Source: a virus (lineage: Duplodnaviria; Caudoviricetes). From it: a stretch of DNA of 45,689 bases. The position numbers and the translations under genes were made by a program. Within the stretch, counting starts at the first letter, position 1, and each line of letters begins with the position of its first letter. The notes under the pieces are model-generated. The model was not told the origin of the DNA. It ran no database searches and worked only from the letters and a program-made list of their open reading frames with translations. Positions 35,535 to 44,546 of this stretch are shown here, one piece after another. The stretch is taken from IMG/VR virus record IMGVR_UViG_3300009095_000002, positions 1 through 45,689 of that record, one strand, 5' to 3'.

Positions 35535-35899
35535 TAGAAAGGCAATTCTTTTTTAATGTAAATTCTATACCACTGGCTAAGATCATAGCATTTATCTTTG
35601 ACCCAATGCTTGAGCGCCCAAAACCATTTAACTAAAATTGCGCCTTCATTCCACCTATTGGTAATTTCGTTGTTATCATAATACCCATGAGCCTTACACC
35701 TTGAACAAATTTCATAACCACTTTCGGTGAAATCCTCATAAGGTTTGTGTCCAAATAGTTTACACTTCAAATTCATAGTATCAGTTTCTTCTTCTGGTTC
35801 TCGCTTCTCATAAAACGGCCCCCACTTATATACATAATCAATCCTCAATGCTATCACTAAGGAGAGGAGTATTATTATTCCCAAGATGAACGCCACCAT
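35534..35899 (-). CDS. Membrane-anchored protein with C..GH zinc motif (DUF1660-like)
   Basis: N-terminal TM; LKCKLFGHK...CSRC. Confidence 0.6.
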   Translation of the reverse strand: MVAFILGIIILLSLVIALRIDYVYKWGPFYEKREPEEETDTMNLKCKLFGHKPYEDFTESGYEICSRCKAHGYYDNNEITNRWNEGAILVKWFWALKHWVKDKCYDLSQWYRIYIKKELPF

Positions 35900-36240
35900 A
35901 TTCTATTTTCTGTAAATGATTCACATGTTCTAGGCATTGGGATATTTGAATCAATTCCCAGATCTAACGCATTTCCTTTGTGTTCTACTTTTGGAGGATA
36001 AAGAAAAGAATCCTTCTTCCCACAGAAAAAGACCTTAACCTCTCTCTCATGCTGTCCGCTATATGGATGATCTATGAACTGTGTAGTTGTTGTTTCTGAA
36101 AAATGATTACATCCAAAACAAGGCCTTTCATTATCTGGATTCCTATGACAAGATTTTTCATGTCTTTCAGCAGCTCCTTTAACCTGATAAAGCTTGTTAC
36201 AGTGATCACACTTATAAATTTCTTTTATCTCTACTTTCAT
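35875..36240 (-). CDS. Cys/His-rich zinc-binding hypothetical protein
   Basis: YKCDHCNK...HEKSC...CFGCNH; likely start MKVEIK. Confidence 0.7.
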   Translation of the reverse strand: MKVEIKEIYKCDHCNKLYQVKGAAERHEKSCHRNPDNERPCFGCNHFSETTTTQFIDHPYSGQHEREVKVFFCGKKDSFLYPPKVEHKGNALDLGIDSNIPMPRTCESFTENRIWWRSSWE

Positions 36241-36242
36241 AT

Positions 36243-36404
36243 TTATCTCTTTTGCATCCACCATGCGAGCCACGCCATCGGCACTGTTAGAATCAGCCAA
36301 AACCAACAATACCAAGGGTAACAGACGACAATATGTATACTTAAATATACGAATATTGCGCTTAATATCCTATCAATCAGCTTGCTTTCTGGGTGGAAAT
36401 CCAT
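36243..36404 (-). CDS. Small Trp-rich membrane protein (53 aa, not in ORF track)
   Basis: MDFHPESKLIDRILSAIFVYLSIHIVVCYPWYCWFWLILTVPMAWLAWWMQKR. Confidence 0.6.
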   Translation of the reverse strand: MDFHPESKLIDRILSAIFVYLSIHIVVCYPWYCWFWLILTVPMAWLAWWMQKR

Positions 36405-36411
36405 GTATCTA

Positions 36412-36936
36412 TTAATAGTTTATATTTTCATTCCAGCAAATCACCTGGCCACTAAATTTGCATGGTATATTAAACCAGTCAAACAAATCTCCAGCATCTA
36501 GTCCATCGTTTTTTGCCAATTCTTCAATATCCGAATGCCACCGGGATACGTGCTGATGATAAAATAACTTACCGTTGATAATAAATTTATATTCGTCAAT
36601 CTCAATATCAAAGACTTTCTTAATCTCAATGTCAGGGCCAATAACACACATCTTAGAACGATATGGAGTCCCTGTCCAAATGCGAGGGCTAAATTTATCA
36701 CCTACCTTCCACCATTTACCTGATCTTATAGTATGATGCTTACATTCTATCTTATCAAATGAATTTCCATTGAACGGGTGAATAGAATTCAAATTAAACC
36801 ATCCCGGCCAAAACTCAGGAAATTCCTTTTGCTGGTCAACCAGTGAGGCCCAAATCTTTTCTACAAAAAAAGTTGGCTTACCTTCCTTCCTATGTCCTTT
36901 AGGAAAAAATCTTGAAAAAGTTATTACTCTTGCCAT
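36412..36936 (-). CDS. ASCH/PUA-like protein
   Basis: KHHTIR...WKVGD...LAKNDGL...FDWF. Confidence 0.65.
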   Translation of the reverse strand: MARVITFSRFFPKGHRKEGKPTFFVEKIWASLVDQQKEFPEFWPGWFNLNSIHPFNGNSFDKIECKHHTIRSGKWWKVGDKFSPRIWTGTPYRSKMCVIGPDIEIKKVFDIEIDEYKFIINGKLFYHQHVSRWHSDIEELAKNDGLDAGDLFDWFNIPCKFSGQVICWNENINY

Positions 36937-37298
36937 CTCTTCCCGCTCCTTTCGTCTGCCTCTTGCTTTGCTTGTCTAATACGTTCAATAGACCGCTTCA
37001 CTCTCTTTGAATTGAAGTCTACTTTCTTCACCCTCCAATCTGGATTTGGAAGAAGGATTTTATTTAGCCGGCTCATTATTTTCAAACACCTTTTACACTT
37101 AACGCCTTGATTGTCTTCTTTCAGTGACTCAAACCGAAGAGCCATTTCTCCATCTTCGGAAATTGCCCTTTTGCTGCAAACCGCTTTGTTGCCATCGTAA
37201 TTACCTAAATACTTATGCTTACAGGTCGATGAAATATATGCGTGAGTAACTGCAGCATTACCAAATTTAGTATCTGCACTGATCCATTTTACTTGCAT
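36924..37298 (-). CDS. Hypothetical protein
   Basis: 124 aa, CKRC. Confidence 0.65.
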   Translation of the reverse strand: MQVKWISADTKFGNAAVTHAYISSTCKHKYLGNYDGNKAVCSKRAISEDGEMALRFESLKEDNQGVKCKRCLKIMSRLNKILLPNPDWRVKKVDFNSKRVKRSIERIRQAKQEADERSGKRWQE

Positions 37299-37318
37299 AT
37301 TACTTCTCCTTTCCTTTT

Positions 37319-37579
37319 TTAGTATTCATCACTTAAAATAACATCTCCTACTTTCGTTTTCAATTCTGCCTCCTCTCTTTCTTCATCTTGAAGTAGGTAA
37401 TAGTCAATTTCATCTATCAACTCAAAATTAAATTCATACATATTTACCTCTTGCTGATAGAATGAATTTATCCTTCTTACAATATTTTCTGAACCTGTAT
37501 CGATCATGACAGTTACGTCTTTATCAAGCTGTTCTTCAGTCAAATTTTCTAAGTATGATTTCAAGTCTCTGTATGTCAT
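37319..37579 (-). CDS. Hypothetical protein
   Basis: MTYRDLKSYLENLTEEQLDKDV. Confidence 0.7.
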   Translation of the reverse strand: MTYRDLKSYLENLTEEQLDKDVTVMIDTGSENIVRRINSFYQQEVNMYEFNFELIDEIDYYLLQDEEREEAELKTKVGDVILSDEY

Positions 37580-38124
37580 ACCCCTCTCTCCTTTCTAATA
37601 GCTAACCCTTTGTCGATTAATTCAAATACATCGAAGTGCCATTCGTACAACTTCTCAATTAGCTCAATTTGATTTAAAATAAGAAAATTACAATATCCTG
37701 GTGTAAATCCTACAAATGAGCCATGATTAGAGTATCCAAATATATTTTTATCATCATATATTACACAATGAGAATAATGATCTAATTCATAATTTTCTGA
37801 ATAAGGGAATACCCTAAAATCGTTTTTGTTGTGCAATTTAAACAGCTCTATAATCGGTACAAACCTTTCTCCATTGTGTTCTATTTCCTGGGTGAGATCG
37901 GAAAGGGGGCGCAAAAGAGGCTTAACCCATTTAAGTTGATTACTAAATAATAGGTCATCATCTGGCAATATAAACTCAATATTTAACAAGCCGTAAGAAT
38001 CAATGCTTGCGCCATTTACAGGTAAAACATATTGCTGTCCAAATTTTAAACTATGCTTTGGTATGAGACATTTAAGCCTATATGGCAGATAAGGAGCAAT
38101 GTGTTTTAATTCTAGCTTTTCCAT
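37576..38124 (-). CDS. Conserved Bacteroidota phage hypothetical protein
   Basis: LELKHIAPYLPY...KPLLRPLSDLT...WHFDVFELIDKGLAI. Confidence 0.75.
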   Translation of the reverse strand: MEKLELKHIAPYLPYRLKCLIPKHSLKFGQQYVLPVNGASIDSYGLLNIEFILPDDDLLFSNQLKWVKPLLRPLSDLTQEIEHNGERFVPIIELFKLHNKNDFRVFPYSENYELDHYSHCVIYDDKNIFGYSNHGSFVGFTPGYCNFLILNQIELIEKLYEWHFDVFELIDKGLAIRKERGV

Positions 38125-38126
38125 AC

Positions 38127-38474
38127 TTATTGTTTTCTAATAGCTTTACCTTGTTTAATTAAGTCGTCGCAATCTACTCCGATAGATCTTAGGTAGTTGG
38201 TGATTTTTGCGAAATACAATATTTCATCTTCTGCATAATCAAACCCCTGCAATTCTGTTATTAATGAATTGTAATGACTTTCCTCTTCTTCAGTCATATC
38301 CTCTATGCTTCGGAGGATGATCTTAACACTTAATGTCTTCTTCAAATAATTAAAGTCTGATAAGAATTCGCATGTTGCCAAAGGTGTTCTAATAAAATTA
38401 CCTTCAAGGTCATACAATGCTAATTTCTGCCCTAGATACCTAGCGGCCTCCTGTATGGTTAGTTTGTCGCTCAT
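38127..38474 (-). CDS. Hypothetical, distant paralog of 37576..38124
   Basis: KIILRSIEDMTEEE...GVDCDDLIKQGKAI. Confidence 0.7.
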   Translation of the reverse strand: MSDKLTIQEAARYLGQKLALYDLEGNFIRTPLATCEFLSDFNYLKKTLSVKIILRSIEDMTEEEESHYNSLITELQGFDYAEDEILYFAKITNYLRSIGVDCDDLIKQGKAIRKQ

Positions 38475-38872
38475 TCTTCTCCTCCTTTCTTGTGTTTTTG
38501 GATTATTGTTAAAATCTGATCGTTTACGTTATGTCCATTGAAGAAATGAATTCTATTAATTTCATGTACCTTTTCAAGCATCTTAATCAGCTCTTCTTTC
38601 TCCTGCTTTAATTTGTTAACTTCTTCAACCACCGAATCAACATCACTCTGTATCGTTTCAATATCCTGTTTGAGCTTAAAATTCTCTTGAAGAGTGGCAG
38701 CGGACACATTTCTAATTTCATGTAACTTAGAATATAATTGATTATAATATAATCCCTCATGCTTTATTATAGTTAATGAATTAAGGCTGTCTTTTGCCTC
38801 TTCGTATAGATTCCCTAAATGACTTACAGCATCTTTAAATTCTTCTTCTGCCTGTGTGTGTTTTGCTTCCAT
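38471..38872 (-). CDS. Hypothetical coiled-coil protein
   Basis: 133-aa ORF. Confidence 0.7.
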   Translation of the reverse strand: MEAKHTQAEEEFKDAVSHLGNLYEEAKDSLNSLTIIKHEGLYYNQLYSKLHEIRNVSAATLQENFKLKQDIETIQSDVDSVVEEVNKLKQEKEELIKMLEKVHEINRIHFFNGHNVNDQILTIIQKHKKGGEE

Positions 38873-38878
38873 GTTGTT

Positions 38879-39643
38879 TTATAAATTGTTGTATGCTTCT
38901 ATTGCTTTAAATATGTGAAGTATCAACTGAGGTACAATTGAATTGCCAAGTGCCTTCAATCTTTCTCTCCGACCGGGCGAGTCCAATCTTTCGGGAACCC
39001 CATCAACCACTCTGATAAATCTGGATGTAAAGCCTGCCCAGTCTTCACTTTCCCAATCTGGTTTATCACATCCCTCAAATTTGATTTCTCTACTATCTTT
39101 CCTTTTTCCACCCTTTGAGTTGATGCCATTCGCCCTCCTCTTTCGTCCGAAGCTGTCGGAGTAGGCAACAAACCACGTCCTTTTCCTTTCATGCCATGCT
39201 CCAATGGCAGAAGCTGGAATAATAATCGGTTGTACTTTGTACCCCTCAGCTTCCAACGATGAACATATTTCTTCGAATGTTTTTCGAAACTTTGGTGCAG
39301 TAATTCCATAAACGTTCTCTCCCACGATCCAAGGGGCTTCAGTCTCTCGTGCTGCTCTAAGCATTTCAGGAAATAAGTATCTTTCATCCTGTTCTCCTTT
39401 TTGATCTCCTGATAAGCTGAATGGCTGACATGGGAATCCTCCTGTAAGGACGTCGATGTCTCCTCTGTGAATAGTAAAGTCTGTTGTTGTAATATCTCCA
39501 TAACTCTTAGATTCTGGCCAATACTGTTTTAATAATCTTTGTCCTGATTTATTCCATTCACAATGAAACACATTATCCCAACCCATCCATTCAGCCGCTA
39601 ACTCTGGACCTCCAATTCCAGAAAATAAACTCCCGTGTCTCAT
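38879..39643 (-). CDS. C5 cytosine DNA methyltransferase, alpha polypeptide
   Basis: Motifs I SLFSGIGG, IV GFPCQ, VI ENV, VIII HERKR, X LGNSI; motif IX missing. Confidence 0.93.
   Translation of the reverse strand: MRHGSLFSGIGGPELAAEWMGWDNVFHCEWNKSGQRLLKQYWPESKSYGDITTTDFTIHRGDIDVLTGGFPCQPFSLSGDQKGEQDERYLFPEMLRAARETEAPWIVGENVYGITAPKFRKTFEEICSSLEAEGYKVQPIIIPASAIGAWHERKRTWFVAYSDSFGRKRRANGINSKGGKRKDSREIKFEGCDKPDWESEDWAGFTSRFIRVVDGVPERLDSPGRRERLKALGNSIVPQLILHIFKAIEAYNNL
38956..39501 (-). CDS. C5 methyltransferase beta polypeptide (nested, +1 frame; EcoHK31I-type)
   Basis: LLPTPTASD...LHPDLSEWLMGFPKDWT supplies motif IX. Confidence 0.8.
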   Translation of the reverse strand: MEILQQQTLLFTEETSTSLQEDSHVSHSAYQEIKKENRMKDTYFLKCLEQHERLKPLGSWERTFMELLHQSFEKHSKKYVHRWKLRGTKYNRLLFQLLPLEHGMKGKGRGLLPTPTASDERGGRMASTQRVEKGKIVEKSNLRDVINQIGKVKTGQALHPDLSEWLMGFPKDWTRPVGEKD

Positions 39644-39852
39644 CTTTCTTTCTGTTTTATCCCCTATTATACCATAGGGGAGTATCATTTTAAAAAAAAC
39701 GCTTTGTTTTTGAACTTACCGAACTTAAAATATTGCCAGTTTACTTTGAACTCTGGCAAAGTCAAACAATCTTCCTTGTTGGTCGGCCATTGCCTGACGG
39801 TCTGTTTCCAATTAACCGCAGATGATCTTTCATCTTTATCAGGTTGGTCTTT

Positions 39853-39924
39853 GCGTGAGAGGGGATGATTCGAACATCCTACTGGAATATCATCCAGTGG
39901 TTCCAGCGCTTAACCACACTCTCA
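39853..39924 (-). ncRNA. tRNA-like element (non-canonical cloverleaf)
   Basis: TGAGAG/CTCTCA acceptor; GGTT/AACC arm; ACTGGA-TGATAT-TCCAGT arm; perfect T-arm GGATG-TTCGAAT-CATCC. Confidence 0.7.
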
Positions 39925-40025
39925 TTTGGATAGGGCTTTAAATACTATCCAGAATAATTAAAATGGCAGATCATCTTCCTAGCTTTCATCTTCTTGTTTT
40001 TTTAGGGTATTACCCCCTGGTTAGT

Positions 40026-40448
40026 TTAATGCGTTGTTTTGAAAAATTCTATTAGTTTGTCTCCGGTTACTTTTATAAAGTATCGACCCGCTTCTTCTGA
40101 GTTGAAATAAAACACACCTCTGTTTCCGCATGTAGTTCTTTTTATGTAAATCTCATTATTTGAGTGATTGTATAATGGATAAAACTTATCTTGTTCTCCT
40201 TGCCAATTAATATCACCTCCAAATTTCCTGTTTACATAACCCTCTATCCTTTTTAGATCTATGTAAAGTGCTGAATGTTCTAGTATTTTTTGATGGTCTT
40301 TAACCATTTCTAGCTCTTCTCTATCTGACTTGTCTAACTTTGATAATATATCGTCAAATGTCTCGGAGACTTCCTGTTTTTTCTCAAGCTCTGAAATCCT
40401 ATTTAAAATAGTTTGAGCTTGCTGTTTTAGTTCTTCTAGTTCTGTCAT
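40026..40448 (-). CDS. Hypothetical protein
   Basis: 140-aa ORF. Confidence 0.7.
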   Translation of the reverse strand: MTELEELKQQAQTILNRISELEKKQEVSETFDDILSKLDKSDREELEMVKDHQKILEHSALYIDLKRIEGYVNRKFGGDINWQGEQDKFYPLYNHSNNEIYIKRTTCGNRGVFYFNSEEAGRYFIKVTGDKLIEFFKTTH

Positions 40449-40873
40449 TTTAGATTCTTTAGCTTCTCCTTATATTCTTTAATCTTATACTCGTAATCAA
40501 AGCGGGTAAATTTGCTAGGCTGCTTACTTTTTACAAGAAGATCATTTGCAGTTCCGGCTCCGTACTTCTTGTCAATGTATTGTGAATACTCGTACTGCTT
40601 ACCTTGATTAAATAAATTGCACCCCTCACATTGTACACCGTTATTCTTTTCATCAAATTTGGTTGACAAGTGCCTACGACTTATAAAATGTCCGCACTGC
40701 ATTTCCTTCCAGTGGCCAAACTTTCCGCATGTAACACACCTTACTATTCCATTTTCATCAGCATCTTTTCTCCGGATGTATTCAGAAAAAATCTTCCACA
40801 ACTTCGCATCCAATTGGCTTAAACTTGGCTGCTTTAACTTCTTCTGAACTCCTTTAGGATAGGGTTTAAACAT
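40445..40873 (-). CDS. ninG: NinG/Rap-like recombination endonuclease
   Basis: FSEYIRRKD..CVTCG..CGHFISR...FDEKN...QCEGCN. Confidence 0.88.
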   Translation of the reverse strand: MFKPYPKGVQKKLKQPSLSQLDAKLWKIFSEYIRRKDADENGIVRCVTCGKFGHWKEMQCGHFISRRHLSTKFDEKNNGVQCEGCNLFNQGKQYEYSQYIDKKYGAGTANDLLVKSKQPSKFTRFDYEYKIKEYKEKLKNLK

Positions 40874-40915
40874 ACTACAAGTTAAACTTTATATGTCTGA
40901 TTATAAAATATTTAT

Positions 40916-41293
40916 TTACACATTTGGTAAATTTTTATCAACATCTTCCATCCTAACATTACCCTTCATATACTCATCAAGAAGGATCAAACATTCAGTA
41001 TATTTTTCCTTTGGCAGATTCATTAACCTATGAAAGATTTCAACTTGATCGTAGTAGTCATCTGTTCTTTCTTTCAGGCTTTCCTCAATCGGATTCAGAA
41101 ACTTATTTCCTGCATTTCTCCAATGTCCAAACCTGTACTTGTGTTCTCTCTTCATTCCGTCAAGACATTCAGTCTCTACAATGTCGAAACCTGTCTTAAG
41201 AAGAACGACTCCTACCGTTAAGGCTTGCGCTCTCTTTTCAAATTTGCGCTGCAGTTGCTCAGGCGTTAAGTCGTCTATTGTTAAATAATTCAT
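40916..41293 (-). CDS. Hypothetical protein
   Basis: 125-aa ORF. Confidence 0.7.
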   Translation of the reverse strand: MNYLTIDDLTPEQLQRKFEKRAQALTVGVVLLKTGFDIVETECLDGMKREHKYRFGHWRNAGNKFLNPIEESLKERTDDYYDQVEIFHRLMNLPKEKYTECLILLDEYMKGNVRMEDVDKNLPNV

Positions 41294-41294
41294 G

Positions 41295-42320
41295 TTAAAA
41301 TGCTTTTGATTTTTTACTAAAGTCTACTTCGTACATCGCCGGATCTTCGTCAGTTTCTTCAATTAGAAGTCTCTTTTTGTTGAACCTGTAGATTACATCT
41401 ATTGTGTTCCCGGAACCTCGTTTATTAAAAAAACTTATATATCCTGAATCTCCGTAGTACTTTATGTTTCCCTGGCTGGACCGGCCTTCATCGATATTTA
41501 AAGACATCATAATAACAAAGTCTACATTATCAAGAATTTTCTCTGAACCTCTTATGAACCTCTGAGTATCTCTTGTGTGCTTCTCAGCTCCTTTTGAAAG
41601 GTGACAGATAAGAGGAATGTAAACGTTGTGATCCTTTGCAAGGTCCTTAAGCTCTTTAGAATTTGTATTATACCTTTCGGTTTCAGTGCCTATTCCTGAC
41701 ATCATAGAAAGCCCGTCAATTACCAATTGATCAACAACTCCGTTTCTTTTTTTGGCCTCTTTCAATAACCTGTCGTAATCTTCAATGGTCATGTTTGACT
41801 GAGAATTTACATACAAGTTACGGCCATACAACTCTCTTAATTTCCCTCGTAGTTCGTCGGCAATTTGACTCATCTTAACCTTATCTCTGTTCTTGTAGGC
41901 TACTTCGTACCTGCTTTCCTGAACGTATGAGTAAGATTTAAAAACTCCATCCTCTTCAAATGACATATCCAAAATCCTAGACAGAAGTTGAAACTGTGCC
42001 ATTTCCATATTTGAGTAAACCCCTGTGCAGTTGTTTTTATGGCTCAATACATTTTGCCTACATCCTTGGAGCGCTAACAAGGATTTTTTTGTTCCTCCAT
42101 ATCCAAGATAAGCTCCAACTGTTCCTCGAAGCTTATTTTTTAGATCGGCGTCGAACTTTGAAATACCTGTAGTTAACGGTCTGTCTAAATCTCCTTCAAT
42201 GGCTTTAGTCCAGTTGTCAACCATTTCGGCAGGAGTTGAAAGTTCTAATGTTTTACCTGTTGGTTCATCTCCATTCACTTTTGAAAGAATAGAGCTTTTG
42301 TAATAATCAGCGTCCTTCAT
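41295..42320 (-). CDS. DnaB-like (SF4) replicative helicase, C-terminal domain only
   Basis: TGISKFD, GYGGTKKS, YSNMEM, LVIDG, LKDLAKDHNV..ICHL, RGS. Confidence 0.8.
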   Translation of the reverse strand: MKDADYYKSSILSKVNGDEPTGKTLELSTPAEMVDNWTKAIEGDLDRPLTTGISKFDADLKNKLRGTVGAYLGYGGTKKSLLALQGCRQNVLSHKNNCTGVYSNMEMAQFQLLSRILDMSFEEDGVFKSYSYVQESRYEVAYKNRDKVKMSQIADELRGKLRELYGRNLYVNSQSNMTIEDYDRLLKEAKKRNGVVDQLVIDGLSMMSGIGTETERYNTNSKELKDLAKDHNVYIPLICHLSKGAEKHTRDTQRFIRGSEKILDNVDFVIMMSLNIDEGRSSQGNIKYYGDSGYISFFNKRGSGNTIDVIYRFNKKRLLIEETDEDPAMYEVDFSKKSKAF

Positions 42321-42684
42321 TTTTCTTGATAAATTCTTCTAACTCTTTCATTTCATAATCAACCATTTTTGATTGGATCAAAAACACTTGATTCTGGTAA
42401 TACTCAACCATTCTCTTTTGCTTCAAAACCTCACGGCCTAATCTGTCATTTTCTGTTAAAAGTTCTTCAATTACCGATTCAGACAATTCCTGAAAGCCAA
42501 ACGATTCTTTGATTGACTCCTTTTCCTTCGAAATCCACTTAATTCGAGCCTCTGTTACTTCTTTTTTCTCAAGCTCAGACAAATAGACAGTTTTTATGTT
42601 TAAAGCTTTCAGAAAGTCTAATTTTGCTTTATCGTAACCTTCCAATAGAATGGTTACTTTTTGCGTTGAAGCTAACCGTAACAT
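42307..42684 (-). CDS. Hypothetical coiled-coil protein (replication module)
   Basis: Between the initiator and the helicase. Confidence 0.65.
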   Translation of the reverse strand: MLRLASTQKVTILLEGYDKAKLDFLKALNIKTVYLSELEKKEVTEARIKWISKEKESIKESFGFQELSESVIEELLTENDRLGREVLKQKRMVEYYQNQVFLIQSKMVDYEMKELEEFIKKNEGR

Positions 42685-42698
42685 TGTTCTTTCATTTT

Positions 42699-43502
42699 TT
42701 AACCGATATACTGCTGTTTCATTTTCTCAAAGTTTGAAACAATTGACTTTGGGTGCATTATTTGACTTTTCCAGAACTTGTCTTGATAGGCCCACCGTAA
42801 TACTTCTCGAATTTGCTCTTCAGTATATTTTTTTTTCTGTAAAAGCTCTCTAACATGTGGTACAAATTCTGAAACTGTATAAAATTCAATATCCCTGTTA
42901 AGGGGATAATTTTCTTTCAGTAATTCGAAAAGAGTAATAGAAAATTCAATTACACGATAACCAATTTCACCACGAGGTAAATGGCAGTCGCTAATCTTCA
43001 AATCAGACATTAACCGATCTTCAGTTATTTCTGTATTATTTACTTTACTTTTCTTTACTTTACTTTGTGTACTTTCTACTGCAATAACTGGGGTTTTTGC
43101 AGTAATAACCCGAGTTTCTACCGTAATAACTAATAATCGCTCTTCTATGGTAGCTCCCCTTTTTGCTTTTAAGTACCTCTTTTGAATTCCAGAACTTGTT
43201 AATATACTAGACAAATCAAACAGGCTTTTTTCAAATAGCCCAATAGTGACACACCCAATAACAACTTCTTTAACGAGAGCTTCAGTTATTCCATTCCCTA
43301 GATAATCGGCTATATCAAATGCTAACTCGCAATCATATTCCACATAATACCCTTTGTCCTGGTATATTACACAAAGTAGATACTCGTATATGACATAACC
43401 TTTACATCCGAACGCATTAAGCAACCTTCTAATTTTCCGATCACCGAATGAACCCGTATCTTTTGGAAAGTACTCAAGCCCCGCTTTCTGAGGTCTTGCC
43501 AT
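42699..43502 (-). CDS. Replication initiator (DUF4373 / Lin1244-like N-terminus)
   Basis: MARPQKAGLEYFPKD...LTSSGIQKRY; C-terminal WAYQDKFWKSQI. Confidence 0.85.
   Translation of the reverse strand: MARPQKAGLEYFPKDTGSFGDRKIRRLLNAFGCKGYVIYEYLLCVIYQDKGYYVEYDCELAFDIADYLGNGITEALVKEVVIGCVTIGLFEKSLFDLSSILTSSGIQKRYLKAKRGATIEERLLVITVETRVITAKTPVIAVESTQSKVKKSKVNNTEITEDRLMSDLKISDCHLPRGEIGYRVIEFSITLFELLKENYPLNRDIEFYTVSEFVPHVRELLQKKKYTEEQIREVLRWAYQDKFWKSQIMHPKSIVSNFEKMKQQYIG
43039..43131. repeat. Putative replication origin: three 21-bp-period iterons + TTTAC-rich tract
   Basis: TTCTACTGCAATAAC / TTTGCAGTAATAAC / TTCTACCGTAATAAC; TTTACTTTACTTTCTTTACTTTACTTT. Confidence 0.65.
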
Positions 43503-43509
43503 AGATTAA

Positions 43510-43911
43510 TTAAAATGGTAAATCGTCGTCTACTTCGCCTTCAACAACTACGGCGTTAACTGCTTCTGCTGTCTCTTGCTTACTTCCGCCTCCTAACATT
43601 GATAGGCTTTGTCCCAACACTTCGGTTACATATCTCTTTTCACCGTTTTTCTCGTAGGATCTTGTTTTTAACTTTCCTTCAATGTAGAGCTGATGACCTT
43701 TTTTAATATACTTCTCAATGACATCTACGATAGGCCCCCAGTATACTACATTGTGCCACTCTACGACTTCTTGTTTGTCTCCGTTCTTGTCTTTGTAGGT
43801 CTCTGAAGTTGCTAATGTGAAACTAGCAACCTTACGGCCCATCTCAAGAACCTTGATCTCCGGATCTTTACCAAGCCGGCCAACCAAAATCACCTTATTT
43901 ACTCCTGACAT
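43510..43911 (-). CDS. ssb: Single-stranded DNA-binding protein
   Basis: VNKVILVGRLGKDPE...EWHNVV...DDDLPF. Confidence 0.97.
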   Translation of the reverse strand: MSGVNKVILVGRLGKDPEIKVLEMGRKVASFTLATSETYKDKNGDKQEVVEWHNVVYWGPIVDVIEKYIKKGHQLYIEGKLKTRSYEKNGEKRYVTEVLGQSLSMLGGGSKQETAEAVNAVVVEGEVDDDLPF

Positions 43912-43998
43912 ACTTAATGAATTTATTGTGAAAAATTAAAACTTGGGCTAGTTTTGAGAGTATCAAGATACTCATAATTACCAGTATTTTCAATGGTT

Positions 43999-44181
43999 TC
44001 AGACGTTTTTATTATCAACATCTTTCGGTGGAAAATACTTATGTTCTTCGTCTGGCGGAATACGATGAACTAAATCATCGTGGCAAAAAACACCCATAAG
44101 AAAACTAATTCCCGACACTAGGAATAAGGCGCATACTAATAAAAAGCCTGCACCAGGAGATAAACTATAACTTATTTCCAT
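43999..44181 (-). CDS. Small membrane protein
   Basis: One TM segment. Confidence 0.6.
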   Translation of the reverse strand: MEISYSLSPGAGFLLVCALFLVSGISFLMGVFCHDDLVHRIPPDEEHKYFPPKDVDNKNV

Positions 44182-44350
44182 TATAATAATATGTTACAAG
44201 TTTACCATCTTTCATCTTCTTAACAGAGTTAATTTTAACTCCTTGCTTTCTTAGCCTTGATACTTCGGAACATACCTGCTCAGAATATTTAATTGGCTTT
44301 CTGTTTTTTAATTGCTCTCTAACTTTCTGAATGATTGTTTTCGCTTTCAT
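44165..44350 (-). CDS. Small basic protein (possible HTH)
   Basis: VSRLRKQGVKINS. Confidence 0.6.
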   Translation of the reverse strand: MKAKTIIQKVREQLKNRKPIKYSEQVCSEVSRLRKQGVKINSVKKMKDGKLVTYYYNGNKL

Positions 44351-44546
44351 TGTTTTTAACTTTAGATTTTCTATTTAATTCTAACTTTTCAAATGACTTT
44401 AAACTTTCTTCTTCTGAACTGAAATAACCTCGTTTCTTTAATTGATCAAATGTTAGTTGTTCAACTGGCGAAACCCAGTTTGCTTTTAAAACATCATGAC
44501 GCTTTAACCTCGTCCTAACTGAGATACTTTCAAATGAATTATACAT
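44319..44546 (-). CDS. Hypothetical protein
   Basis: 75-aa overlapping ORF in the operon. Confidence 0.55.
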   Translation of the reverse strand: MYNSFESISVRTRLKRHDVLKANWVSPVEQLTFDQLKKRGYFSSEEESLKSFEKLELNRKSKVKNNESENNHSES

